Below, in pieces: positions 26,798 to 36,332 of a stretch of DNA of 46,490 bases. The stretch's first letter is position 1. Every line of letters starts with the position of its first letter. The DNA comes from a virus (lineage: Duplodnaviria > Caudoviricetes), in the IMG/VR virus record IMGVR_UViG_3300039239_000004, positions 1 through 46,490 of that record. One strand, written 5' to 3'. Both the position numbers and the translations under genes were made by a program. Below the pieces are notes generated by a model. It had not been told where the DNA came from, searched no databases, and was given only the letters and a program-made list of their open reading frames with translations.

Positions 26798-27235
26798 ATG
26801 GCCCGCAAACAGGTAACCGTGTCGATCAGCGCCGAGGGGCGTGACAGGGGTAAGGTGTTCGTCCTCACCGAACTTCCCGCATACGAGGCGGAAGACTGGG
26901 CGGGGCGCGCGCTGTTTGCCCTGATGAACGCCGGGGTGGAAATTCCCGACAACATCGCAGACGCCGGGTTGGCCGGCGTGGCGGCGCTGGGCATTAAGGC
27001 ACTGACGAAGCTGCCCTACGACAGCGCCAAGCCTCTTCTGGACAGCATGATGAAGTGCGTCCAGATCCAGCCCAGCCCGAGCGTAGTTCGCCCACTCGTC
27101 GCCGACGATATCGAGGAAGTGGCCACGCTGCTGACGCTGCGCAAGGAGATTCTGGGCCTGCACATGGATTTTTCTATGGCCGTCGCTCAATCGACTTCGG
27201 GCTCCAAGCCTGGCAAGGCGGCGGCCCGAGGCTGA
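26798..27235 (+). CDS. tail assembly chaperone (gpG-like)
   Basis: Between tube and tape measure; GRDRGKVFVLTE...DDIEEVATLLTLR. Confidence 0.78.
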   Translation: MARKQVTVSISAEGRDRGKVFVLTELPAYEAEDWAGRALFALMNAGVEIPDNIADAGLAGVAALGIKALTKLPYDSAKPLLDSMMKCVQIQPSPSVVRPLVADDIEEVATLLTLRKEILGLHMDFSMAVAQSTSGSKPGKAAARG

Positions 27236-27402
27236 TCCAGTACGCCAACGTGCCGCGCAACATCGCGGCGGTGATTTCTCGGCACCCGGGCCTGCTGTAT
27301 GACCTGCAGACGGTCTACGGTGCCGAGGATCTCTACAACCTGCTGGAGGTGTTCGCGGTCGACGCGCACAACCAGCAGGCGATAGCCAACGCGAGGAAAT
27401 AG
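27166..27402 (+). CDS. gpT-like extension reached by -1 frameshift
   Basis: G GAT TTT at 27166-27172; the -1 frame is open to TAG 27402 (LYDLQTVYGAEDLYNLLEV). Confidence 0.6.
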   Translation, partial: GFFYGRRSIDFGLQAWQGGGPRLIQYANVPRNIAAVISRHPGLLYDLQTVYGAEDLYNLLEVFAVDAHNQQAIANARK

Positions 27403-27403
27403 C

Positions 27404-27895
27404 ATGATCGATATAGCAAAATTCCTTGAGTACGCCGCATATGACCCCGAATCGGGGTCTTTTTTTTGGATGAAAGATAAAGGGCGCGCGAAGGCTGGTA
27501 GCCAAGTTGGATGGGTAGATGAGTTCGGCTATCGCCGGACTAAGTTCGGCGGTCGCATGGCGTTCCTGCATGCTGTCGCGTGGGAGATCACTCACGGGCC
27601 TCGGCCCGATGGGTTCGAGATCGACCATATTGATGGAAACCCGTCAAACAACGCCATTGCGAATCTAAGGCTGGCAACTAAGGCGGAGAACCTCCACAAC
27701 ACCGGAATTCGCAAGACCAACACGTCAGGCGTTAAGGGGGTGAATTGGAGCAAGCATCACGGCAAGTATCAGGTTCAGGTGATGCTGGATCGGAAGAAGC
27801 TGCACGGCGGCTATTTCACGGATATTCAGCAGGCCGAAGCAGCTGCTAGAGCCCTTCGAGAGAAGGCGCATCAATCATTTCATCGCCATGTGTAG
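27404..27895 (+). CDS. HNH homing endonuclease with AP2-like domain
   Basis: YDPESG; IDHIDGNPSNNAIANLRLATKAENLHN; NTSGVKGV-W AP2 motif. Confidence 0.9.
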   Translation: MIDIAKFLEYAAYDPESGSFFWMKDKGRAKAGSQVGWVDEFGYRRTKFGGRMAFLHAVAWEITHGPRPDGFEIDHIDGNPSNNAIANLRLATKAENLHNTGIRKTNTSGVKGVNWSKHHGKYQVQVMLDRKKLHGGYFTDIQQAEAAARALREKAHQSFHRHV

Positions 27896-27904
27896 GGGGC
27901 TACC

Positions 27905-29578
27905 ATCGCAACCGTAATCGATGCTCTCGTTGTCACGCTGGGCCTGAACGCCAAGGGGTTCAAGCAAGGCGCCGCCGAGGTAGACAGCTCGCTCACGCAC
28001 ACGCGGGAAGAGTCCGCTAAGACCGCGCGCGAAATGGAGGTCCGTGGCAAGCAGGCCGCCATGTTTTTCAGCAAGGTGCGAAACGAGGCGCTGGCGCTGC
28101 TGGCGGTGTTTACCGCCGGCATGGGCATCAAGAGCTTCGTGTCCAGCACCATTCAGTCGACGGCAAGCCTTTCGCGGCTGTCCGAGAACTTGAACATGAG
28201 CGCGCAGGACCTGGCCGAATGGCAGCTGGCCGCCAAGAATGCCGGCGGGTCGGTCGAAGGCATTACGGAGCAGCTGAAGGAATCGGCCGATCAGGTCGCC
28301 AAGTTCAAGCGCGGAATGGCGGCCGAGACGTTGCCCGCCTTCTTCCAGTTCGGCGGCAAGACCGAAGATCTGAAGGACGGCAACACGTACCTGGAAGCCC
28401 GGGCGCGCATCGTCGCCGAGATCTACAAGACCGATCGCGCGCGCGCTGCCCTGGCCGCGAACATGATGGGCCTGGATGCCCAGCAGTTCAATCTGTACAA
28501 GGATGGGCCGGAAGGGATCGCCCGTCGGCGGCGAGAGCAATCTGGGCCGGCGTCCGAGCAGGCTGCAGCCGCAGCACGCGCAGAGCGGCTGCGCCAGAAA
28601 TACGACACGGCGATGAACAAGCTGTCCAGCGTGGGCGTCAATGTTCTGACGTCCATGATGCCGGCCTTCGATTTCCTCGTTTCCAAGCTGATTGAGCTTG
28701 GCGACTGGATTATTACGAACAAGGCACAGATCAACGAGGGCGTGAAGCTGCTGGTGATGGGCTTCGAGCAGATACTTAAAGCCATCACCGAGGTGGCGAA
28801 CAAGCTCATCCCGGAAGAGACGCGCAAGAGGATTTCCGAGTCTAAAGACCCTGTTCTGGCGTCGATGCTCGCGGCCAAGGATGCGATTACGCCCAGTTGG
28901 ATGTCGAAGGCGAAGGCTGATCTCACTCCTGACGCCAGTGATGCTATCGCCAAGTTCGAAAAGATGGGCTGGTCACGCGCTCAGGCAGTCGGAATCGTCA
29001 ACAATTTGCAGGCGGAGAGCGGTGGAAAGCTCGACCATCGCGCGGTTGGCGACAACGGCACAGCCTTTGGGGTCGCCCAATGGCGAAATGAGCGCGTGGA
29101 TATGTTTAAGCAGGTCATGGGCGTGGCGCTGTCGGAATCCACACGCGATCAGCAATACGCGTTTGTCGACTGGGAGTTGCGCAACACGCACAGGGCAGCG
29201 GGTGACAAGTTGAAGGCGGCCAAGTCTGTGGAGGATGCCAGCCGCGTAGTCACTACCGACTTTGAGATCCCAGCGCAAAAGGAAAGGAAGGCTGAAGAGC
29301 GCGCCGCGGTAGCTACTGAATTGGCGCGGCTAGCTCAAGCCGAGGCGTTGAAAAATGGTGCGATGGCGTCGGTTGGCGCAGCCCAGGCGGCACAGCCGAC
29401 TGCGCAGTCTGTCAGCAACGCCGCGACCTCTACGACGACCAATTCCACCGAAACCCACATCAGCGGCCCGATCACTGTCGTGACTGCAGCGACAGACGGC
29501 GTTGGCATCGCGCGGGAGCTGGGCGGTATCGGCAAAAACCAGAACCTGGTTCAACAGGGCAACACGGGGCTTTTCTGA
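27905..29578 (+). CDS. tape measure protein with phage-tail-lysozyme-like domain
   Basis: Frame is open from ATC 27905 (IATVIDALVVTLGL); first ATG is 28034. C-terminal GIVNNLQAESG...VGDNGTAFGVAQW lysozyme motif. Confidence 0.85.
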   Translation: MATVIDALVVTLGLNAKGFKQGAAEVDSSLTHTREESAKTAREMEVRGKQAAMFFSKVRNEALALLAVFTAGMGIKSFVSSTIQSTASLSRLSENLNMSAQDLAEWQLAAKNAGGSVEGITEQLKESADQVAKFKRGMAAETLPAFFQFGGKTEDLKDGNTYLEARARIVAEIYKTDRARAALAANMMGLDAQQFNLYKDGPEGIARRRREQSGPASEQAAAAARAERLRQKYDTAMNKLSSVGVNVLTSMMPAFDFLVSKLIELGDWIITNKAQINEGVKLLVMGFEQILKAITEVANKLIPEETRKRISESKDPVLASMLAAKDAITPSWMSKAKADLTPDASDAIAKFEKMGWSRAQAVGIVNNLQAESGGKLDHRAVGDNGTAFGVAQWRNERVDMFKQVMGVALSESTRDQQYAFVDWELRNTHRAAGDKLKAAKSVEDASRVVTTDFEIPAQKERKAEERAAVATELARLAQAEALKNGAMASVGAAQAAQPTAQSVSNAATSTTTNSTETHISGPITVVTAATDGVGIARELGGIGKNQNLVQQGNTGLF

Positions 29579-30213
29579 TGGCGCTGATTCCCTTCCCGAA
29601 CGTCCCTCAGGTGCCGGGCGTGCCGGCCATCTTCCGTGAAACGACCATTCCGTCCTTGCCGGAGCTGGTCAACATAGGCCTGGGCGGCTTGGCTGAGCTG
29701 TTCTTCGGCACGCCGCTCTGGGGCCTTTACACCCAGGACGGCCAGCAGGCGGTCGTCTTTGACTCGTTCCTGGGCGTGCGCTTTCGGAACGGCGGCCGGA
29801 TATCCAGTTTCCCGGTGGAGCAAGGTGGGTTCTCGTCTTTTAACAAGGTCGACACACCCTACGATGCGGCGATCCGGCTGGCGCACAGTGGCGACCTGGC
29901 CTCGCGCAATGTGATGCTGGCAGTGCTGGAACGCATTGTCCGCAGCACCGAGCTGTATTCGGTGGTCACGCCGGAAATCGTCTATGTTTCGGCCAACTTG
30001 GTGAACTACTCCTACACGCGTGACACGCGCGGCGGGTCTAGCCAGTTGATCGTGGAGCTGTTCCTTGAAGAGGTGCGGCAGACCGCCGCAGCCCAATTTT
30101 CGGAGACAGAGGAACCCAGCGGCGCTGACCCGCAGAGTAATGGCCAGGTTCAGACCTTTCCGATTGGTACGGAACCCGGGGAGCCGTTGATTGTGAGCAC
30201 GGAGTTTCAATGA
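29578..30213 (+). CDS. baseplate/tube-initiator protein
   Basis: FPNVPQVPGVP...SSFPVEQGGFSSFNKV; follows the TMP. Confidence 0.75.
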   Translation: MALIPFPNVPQVPGVPAIFRETTIPSLPELVNIGLGGLAELFFGTPLWGLYTQDGQQAVVFDSFLGVRFRNGGRISSFPVEQGGFSSFNKVDTPYDAAIRLAHSGDLASRNVMLAVLERIVRSTELYSVVTPEIVYVSANLVNYSYTRDTRGGSSQLIVELFLEEVRQTAAAQFSETEEPSGADPQSNGQVQTFPIGTEPGEPLIVSTEFQ

Positions 30214-30509
30214 GGAAGATCCCCCTTCGCCCGGTGCCGTCCCAGTCGCTCAGCGTTGTGCTGGCCGGCCAAAGCTGCCAGATCAATGTCTACGAAAAGT
30301 CGACGGGTATGTACCTGGATCTCTTTGTGAATCATCAGCCCATCGTGACCACGGCGTTATGCCATGACCGCGTGCGACTGGTCCGGGAGACTTATCGGGG
30401 CTTTGTGGGCGACCTGACGTTTATTGACACGAACGGCTATGCGGACCCGGTGTACACGGGCCTGGGTGGCCGATTCCTCCTGGCGTACCTGGAAGTTGGT
30501 GACCTATGA
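30210..30509 (+). CDS. small baseplate protein
   Basis: IPLRPVPSQSLSVVL...GFVGDLTFIDT...DPVYTGLGGRF. Confidence 0.7.
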   Translation: MRKIPLRPVPSQSLSVVLAGQSCQINVYEKSTGMYLDLFVNHQPIVTTALCHDRVRLVRETYRGFVGDLTFIDTNGYADPVYTGLGGRFLLAYLEVGDL

Positions 30510-31366
30510 CCTTCGTCAAGCGGCGTATCGACGTCACCATTAGCCTGGGCGAAGGCAAGTTTGGCGATACGAAGGGGCCTGACGTTACGTTGACGGGATA
30601 CCGGGTGTCCGTTGCCGTGGTTTCCTACAACGGGGATTCGCAAAGCCAACTTCAACTGCGGATCTTCGGTTTGACCCAGGACATGATGAATCAGTTGACC
30701 GTGATTGGTCCGATCATGACCGAGCGGCGGAACAACCGGATCCTGATTGCCGCCGGCGATGTGGGCCAGGCGCTCAGTGTTGTTTACGAAGGAACCATTT
30801 CCCAAGCCTGGGCAGATTACAACCAGGCGCCGGAGGTTGTGTTCAACGTCGTGGCGCTGGCCGCCGCAGTGGACGCTGTCAAACCGGTGAACGCGCGGAG
30901 CTATCGCGGGTCGACAAACGTCTCGGTGATCGCCTCCGACCTGGCTGGCGCTATGGGCCTGGCGTTTGAAAACAACGGGGTGACGGCTCAGTTGTCCAAC
31001 CCGTACTTCAGCGGAACGGCATTGGAGCAGTTGCGGGCCTGCGCTAACGCGGCACGTATCAGCTACACGATCGACCGTGGCGTATTGGCCGTCTGGCCGC
31101 GTGCCGGAGCGCGCCAGGGTGATGCGATTGAAATCTCGCCCGAGAAGAACCTGATCGGATACCCGACTTTCACCGGCGGCGGTATTGCCTTCACCGTACT
31201 TTTCACACCCGAGCTGAGCTTGGGTGGCCTGGTGCAGGTCACCAGTTCGATTGAGGCAGCACATGGAGAATGGGTAGTCGTCAGTATCGTGCATACGCTG
31301 GAGGCTGAAGTGCCCGGCGGCGCTTGGCTCTCGCAAATCATGTGTCAAAGGCAGATCAATGGCTGA
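30506..31366 (+). CDS. baseplate hub protein
   Basis: Precedes the spike; LQLRIFGL...FENNGV...LIGYP. Confidence 0.75.
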   Translation: MTFVKRRIDVTISLGEGKFGDTKGPDVTLTGYRVSVAVVSYNGDSQSQLQLRIFGLTQDMMNQLTVIGPIMTERRNNRILIAAGDVGQALSVVYEGTISQAWADYNQAPEVVFNVVALAAAVDAVKPVNARSYRGSTNVSVIASDLAGAMGLAFENNGVTAQLSNPYFSGTALEQLRACANAARISYTIDRGVLAVWPRAGARQGDAIEISPEKNLIGYPTFTGGGIAFTVLFTPELSLGGLVQVTSSIEAAHGEWVVVSIVHTLEAEVPGGAWLSQIMCQRQING

Positions 31367-32090
31367 ACAGTTCGGATATGCCGGTCAGGCGCGCGCGGCC
31401 GAAGGCGGTGACGAGTACGGCGCGTTGATGTTCGTTATCGGCCAAGCGTTGGCGCGCCTCAGCACGGCCACTCTGGTACGAGTCGTGGCGGTGACGAACA
31501 ATGGCGGGCTGTCGCCCGTTGGATTCGTCGATGTTCAGCCGCTGGTTAACCAGTTGGACGGCTCCGGCAACGCGGTGCCGCACGGGGTGCTGCACCAATT
31601 GCCTTATTTCCGTCTGCAAGGCGGTACCGACGCCGTGATCTTGGACCCGAAGGTCGGCGACATTGGCATGGCGGCGTTCGGAAGCCGGGACTTGTCGGCG
31701 GTCAAGGCGAGCAAGCAACAAGCGAATCCCGGATCCTGGCGGACCCATGACATGGCCGACGGGCTTTACTTCGGCGGGCTGCTCAACGGCATACCGGTGC
31801 AGTACGTGCAGTTCACCGAGGGCGGAATCAACGTGGTGTCGCCATCTAAGGTGACAGTGCAGGCGCCGAATATCGAACTGAACGCAGCCACGCAGTGCGC
31901 GCTGAACTCGCCAGTGATCGTCCTCAACGGCACCGTGCAGCAAGGCGCGGGATCGTTCGGCGGCACGTCAACCTGGCAGGGCAACATGAACACACTGGGC
32001 ACGCTGCGCAACAACGGCAAGGACGTGGGATCGACCCACACCCATCCGGGCGTGCAGAGCGGGCCTTCGAACACGGGGACACCAAATTGA
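31359..32090 (+). CDS. baseplate spike (gp138/gpV-like)
   Basis: VDVQPLV...RLQGG...PKVGDIG OB domain; C-terminal HTHPGV apex motif. Confidence 0.88.
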   Translation: MAEQFGYAGQARAAEGGDEYGALMFVIGQALARLSTATLVRVVAVTNNGGLSPVGFVDVQPLVNQLDGSGNAVPHGVLHQLPYFRLQGGTDAVILDPKVGDIGMAAFGSRDLSAVKASKQQANPGSWRTHDMADGLYFGGLLNGIPVQYVQFTEGGINVVSPSKVTVQAPNIELNAATQCALNSPVIVLNGTVQQGAGSFGGTSTWQGNMNTLGTLRNNGKDVGSTHTHPGVQSGPSNTGTPN

Positions 32091-32437
32091 ACACGCTTCT
32101 ACTGGACCGCACGGTCTGGGATCTGGTCCTGGACGCTGCCGGCAACATCGCCATGGCGTCGAACCCCTACGCCGTAGCCCAGGACGTCGCCAGCGCCATC
32201 AAGCTGTTCAAGGGCGAACTGTTCTATGACAAGGCTCCAGGCGTGCCGTACTGGAGGGACATCCTAGGGTACCGCCCGCCGCTGGCACTTGTGCGCGAGC
32301 ATATCCAAACGGCGGCACTGACTGTCCCGGATGTGGCCGGCGCCGTCTGCACGATCACAAGCTTCAACGATCGGACCCTAACCGGGTACGTCGAAATCAC
32401 CCTGACCGACGGCACCCAGCAGACCGTCAGTATCTGA
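32087..32437 (+). CDS. baseplate wedge gp25/W-like protein
   Basis: TTG start overlaps the spike stop; WDLVLDAAGNIA...GELFYD...GVPY. Confidence 0.75.
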   Translation: MNTLLLDRTVWDLVLDAAGNIAMASNPYAVAQDVASAIKLFKGELFYDKAPGVPYWRDILGYRPPLALVREHIQTAALTVPDVAGAVCTITSFNDRTLTGYVEITLTDGTQQTVSI

Positions 32438-32444
32438 GGAAACC

Positions 32445-33656
32445 ATGGCTACAAGCTCCCAAGTGCCGCGCGTGCAGTTCACGCCGGAAGGGCTGGTGCT
32501 GCCCGAAGAGTCGGCCATCCTGGCGGGCGTCCTGACCGACATGGATTCCGCCTTTGGCGGGGGCCTGAACAAGTCGCTGGAGACGCCGCAGGGGCAACTG
32601 GCATCGAGTACCACGGCCATCATCGGCGACAAGAACAATGAGTTCGCCAGCTATGTGAACCAGGTAGACCCCGCGTTTGCTGCTGGCCGGATGCAAGATG
32701 CTATCGGGCGGATCTACTTCATCGACCGCAAGCCGGGAACGCCGACGACCGTCTTGGCGACCTGCGTGGGCCTGGCGGGCGTTGTCATCCCAGTCGGCGC
32801 GACCGCGCAGGCGGTGGATGGTAACCGCTACCTTTGCACGCAGGCGGGCACGATTCCGGTCACTGGCAGTATCGATCTACCCTTCGCTTGCGCGGTTGAC
32901 GGCCCAATCGCCTGCGCGCCGGGTGCGCTGAATCAGATTTACCAGGCGATTCCTGGCTGGGACTCGATCACCAACGCAGCCGACGGGACGGTCGGCAGCC
33001 TAGTGGAGAATCGGGCCGAGTTCGAAGAGCGGCGACGCCAATCGGTGGCTCTGAATGCCATCGGCTCGCTGCCTTCGATCTATGCGAACGTGCTGAACGT
33101 CGCGGACGTCATCGACGTGTACGTGACCGAGAACAATACCAGCGCGAACCTGACAGTGGGCGGCGTGACGTTGATCCCCCATTCGATCTATGTGGCGGTG
33201 GTCGGCGGCGCCGCGGCGTCGATCGCTGATGCTATTTGGCGCAAGAAGTCCAACGGTGCCGATTACAACGGGAATACTAGCTACACCGTGCAGGATACGG
33301 CGGGCTACGACTTCCCCTATCCGTCCTACGTCGTGAAGTGGCAAACGCCGACCGCGTTGCCGGTGCTGTTTGCGGTCCAGATCGCCAACAACCCCAGCCT
33401 GCCGTCCAACATCGTCGCCCTGACCAAGCAGGCGATCATCGCTGCGTTCAATGGCGCCGATGGTGGTCTGCGCGCGCGGATCGGCTCCACGCTATTTGCC
33501 AGCCGCTACTACGCCCCAATTGTGGCGATTGATCAGAGCATTTCTATCATCTCGTTGTTGCTTGGTACGACGACCCCGACGCTCCCGAGCGTCACGATCC
33601 CCATCAACCGGACGCCGACCATCTCGGAGGCGAACATCACGGTGACGCTCGTATGA
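32445..33656 (+). CDS. baseplate J-like protein
   Basis: LETPQGQLA...DPAFAAGRMQDAIG...ENRAEFEERR...PHSIYVAVVGG. Confidence 0.9.
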   Translation: MATSSQVPRVQFTPEGLVLPEESAILAGVLTDMDSAFGGGLNKSLETPQGQLASSTTAIIGDKNNEFASYVNQVDPAFAAGRMQDAIGRIYFIDRKPGTPTTVLATCVGLAGVVIPVGATAQAVDGNRYLCTQAGTIPVTGSIDLPFACAVDGPIACAPGALNQIYQAIPGWDSITNAADGTVGSLVENRAEFEERRRQSVALNAIGSLPSIYANVLNVADVIDVYVTENNTSANLTVGGVTLIPHSIYVAVVGGAAASIADAIWRKKSNGADYNGNTSYTVQDTAGYDFPYPSYVVKWQTPTALPVLFAVQIANNPSLPSNIVALTKQAIIAAFNGADGGLRARIGSTLFASRYYAPIVAIDQSISIISLLLGTTTPTLPSVTIPINRTPTISEANITVTLV

Positions 33657-35149
33657 CTACGAACATCGTTAACGTCTTCGAACCGGCGCAGTTCGGGGTA
33701 GGGGACGGCGCTACCACGCAGTTTCAAATTGGCGGCCCGCGCGAGACGCTGACGTCGATCACGCCCACGGGGGTATGGCGCCAGGACTGGCAGGGAAACC
33801 AGCGCCTATATCCTACGCCGCGCACGAATTTGCAGGCCAACTCCGAAGTTGTGGGGGGCTTTGGATGGCAGTTGGCAAGGACGTCGGGATCTACCGGGGC
33901 GAGGATCGGCCCAGATGGCGCCCTGGGAATGTCACTCATCACTCAAACTGTATCGCCCGGTCCAGGGTATGTTTATCCCGCCAGCGCATACCGTCCTCCG
34001 GTGACGTCCAATACGGTATACCGTGTCTCGGTCTATTTAGCTAAGGGAAATTCACAAACGCCCTCTTTCGGCGTATTGGACGCTGTGCTTGGGACAGTCG
34101 CCAGTTGTGCCATCGACTGGTCCGTCGCCGAGCCAGTCCTATTCGCGTTTTCCAACGTGATCGACAGTTCGGTAGTTGCGGGCCCCCACGATACGTACAA
34201 GGTCACGCTGGTGGTGAACTCTGGGGCGGCGACATCGCTGGTACCCGTGGTTTATCCGGATCGGCTACAGGGAATTGGGTCGACAATTTACGTCGGCTAC
34301 GCGCAAACCGATCTGCTAGGAGGCGCGTACATAAGGACGGACACGGCACCGGTTACTGTCACCGACTATGCCGCTTCCTCCACTGGTCTGGTCATCATGG
34401 GCCAGGTGCCGGCAATTGGCGCATCCCTGACCTGGACCGGCAGCTACACCTACGAGTACCGCGAAGACGCGCCAACCATGGCCGACCGCACGGTCATCAG
34501 CCAGTACGCGAATAGCCCCACACTGCGGCAGCTCATCCGCAACATGGACGAGTACATCAACCCCAATACGGACTTCGACGCGTTCTATGACTACGTCTGG
34601 AATGTAGAGACGGCGCAGGGCTTCGGGCTGGATGTGTGGGGCAGGATTGTCGGCGTGGGGCGGATGCTGACGATCCCTGCTTCGGAAACGTTCTTGGGGT
34701 ATCAGGAGGCCTATACCGCTCCCACGGCTGCCACAGGCGCGCAGCCGTTCGGCCAAGCCCCTATGTACGTAGGGGCGGCATCTTCGCAGACCTACCGCCT
34801 GGCGGATGACGCATACCGCAAGCTCATCCTCGTCAAGGCCCTGGCCAACATTAGCGATTGCACGTCGCCGAGTCTTAATAGGCTGCTGTCGAATCTGTTC
34901 GCCGGACGCGGCAGGTGCTATGTCACCGACACCGGCCTGATGGAGTTTCGGTACGTCTTCGAGTTCGCATTGGAACCGTATGAAGTTGCGATCATGACTC
35001 AGTCCGGAGCCATACCGAAGCCCGCTGCGGTTCTCGCAAACGTGTTGCAAGTCGACGTTCCAACAACTTTTGGATTCAACGAAGCGGTGATGCAACCCTT
35101 CGGATCCGGTGTCTTCTTTACCTCTTCGGGGCTTATCCATGCAAGCTAG
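33653..35149 (+). CDS. DUF2612-type baseplate wedge protein with 275-aa N-terminal extension
   Basis: From Met 34478: TVISQYANSPTL...WNVETAQGFGLDVWGRIVG...LADDAYRKLILVKA. Extra beta-rich N-terminal region. Confidence 0.8.
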   Translation: MTTNIVNVFEPAQFGVGDGATTQFQIGGPRETLTSITPTGVWRQDWQGNQRLYPTPRTNLQANSEVVGGFGWQLARTSGSTGARIGPDGALGMSLITQTVSPGPGYVYPASAYRPPVTSNTVYRVSVYLAKGNSQTPSFGVLDAVLGTVASCAIDWSVAEPVLFAFSNVIDSSVVAGPHDTYKVTLVVNSGAATSLVPVVYPDRLQGIGSTIYVGYAQTDLLGGAYIRTDTAPVTVTDYAASSTGLVIMGQVPAIGASLTWTGSYTYEYREDAPTMADRTVISQYANSPTLRQLIRNMDEYINPNTDFDAFYDYVWNVETAQGFGLDVWGRIVGVGRMLTIPASETFLGYQEAYTAPTAATGAQPFGQAPMYVGAASSQTYRLADDAYRKLILVKALANISDCTSPSLNRLLSNLFAGRGRCYVTDTGLMEFRYVFEFALEPYEVAIMTQSGAIPKPAAVLANVLQVDVPTTFGFNEAVMQPFGSGVFFTSSGLIHAS

Positions 35150-35927
35150 TAACGCACCCAGCAAGTCAGCAGTCCCGTTCGCAAATAGCGGGGCGAAAAA
35201 TACCATTCCCGTGGCTTCGCAGATCGGCGTCACGCCAGGCTTGGCGTCTTTTACGGATGGGTTTCCTCCCCTGACCATGACCCCCTTGGCTGCGGGCGGG
35301 GTGCCGCCGTATGGTCAGGATTTCAACGGCATTCTGAACTTCCTCAGCGCCGCGACACGATGGGCACAAGCGGGGGCCGGGTATTCCTATGATGCGGCGT
35401 TTTCCACCGCTGTGGGAGGCTATCCCAAAGGTGCCACGCTGGTCATGGCAACCGGCAATGGCTATTGGATGAGCACAGTCGAGAACAACACCAGCAACCC
35501 GGACACGGGCGGAGCAGGCTGGATAGCACTGCCAGCGGGGATCGCCAGCGCAGCCCAGGCTCAAGCTCAAACCGAAAATACTCTGGCGCTCACCTCCCTA
35601 CGGCTGGCCGACGCCTTCAAGGGCGGGAATCAAGCGCTTGGGGCCGACGGCCGGCAAAACCTGCCGGGCGGATTGAAATGGCAGTGGGGGGCAATTTCTA
35701 TCACCTCCGTAAGTGGCTCCGGATCGGTAGCAACAGTTGCATTTAACCAGGCGTACACGACGTGGCGCCGCGTAATTTTGACGGAGCGATCGAACGCGAC
35801 GGCAATTCAATATAAGGCGTATGACAACGATGCCACTTTATTGACAGGAGTTCAGGTCAATCTGGTATCGGCGGCGGGCGCTGGGGGTATTGCTGTTCCT
35901 GTGGCTTACATTGCGGTGGGGGTCTGA
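35139..35927 (+). CDS. short tail fiber protein
   Basis: VPFANSGAKNTIP...GFPPLTMTPLAAGGVPPYGQDFNGIL N-terminus; C-terminal LPGGLKWQWG gp53-like domain. Confidence 0.85.
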   Translation: MQASNAPSKSAVPFANSGAKNTIPVASQIGVTPGLASFTDGFPPLTMTPLAAGGVPPYGQDFNGILNFLSAATRWAQAGAGYSYDAAFSTAVGGYPKGATLVMATGNGYWMSTVENNTSNPDTGGAGWIALPAGIASAAQAQAQTENTLALTSLRLADAFKGGNQALGADGRQNLPGGLKWQWGAISITSVSGSGSVATVAFNQAYTTWRRVILTERSNATAIQYKAYDNDATLLTGVQVNLVSAAGAGGIAVPVAYIAVGV

Positions 35928-35928
35928 C

Positions 35929-36291
35929 ATGGCGTTCGTTTGGAAAAGTGGTGGCTGGTATGACAAAGCCCCCGGCGGGTATGAGGTAGAGCCGCAATAC
36001 AAGGCCGAGCTTATGGCGGGTCAGATCGTGGATTACTTCATTGCCACGGCTGAGGATGGCCGCCCTTACTTGGAGCGGCGACCGGGACCGACTGACGAGC
36101 AATTGGCGCAGTCCGTCCGTGCTGACCGAGATGAGCTACTGCGGCAAACAGATTGGACCCAAGCCGGCGACGTGCCTTTGGCGTTAAGAAAGTCCTATCG
36201 CGACTATCGGCAGGCGCTTCGCGACATGACCGGCCAAGAGGGGTTCCCGCGAAATGTCGTGTTTCCGGAAATGCCTAACGAGCAACAGTAG
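35929..36291 (+). CDS. tail fiber assembly chaperone
   Basis: RADRDELLRQTDWTQAGDVP...YRQALRD...QEGFP. Confidence 0.85.
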   Translation: MAFVWKSGGWYDKAPGGYEVEPQYKAELMAGQIVDYFIATAEDGRPYLERRPGPTDEQLAQSVRADRDELLRQTDWTQAGDVPLALRKSYRDYRQALRDMTGQEGFPRNVVFPEMPNEQQ

Positions 36292-36292
36292 C

Positions 36293-36315
36293 AGCCGCTA
36301 ACGCGGCTTTTTTTT
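36293..36315 (+). terminator. rho-independent terminator
   Basis: AGCCGC-TAAC-GCGGCT followed by a T run. Confidence 0.85.
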
Positions 36316-36332
36316 CGTCTACAGGGGACGCG

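Noticed and set aside
35139-36291. Diversity-generating retroelement (BPP-1-like) acting on the tail fiber
   Set aside because: No reverse transcriptase ORF in the window, and I saw no second copy of the fiber 3' end differing at adenines.
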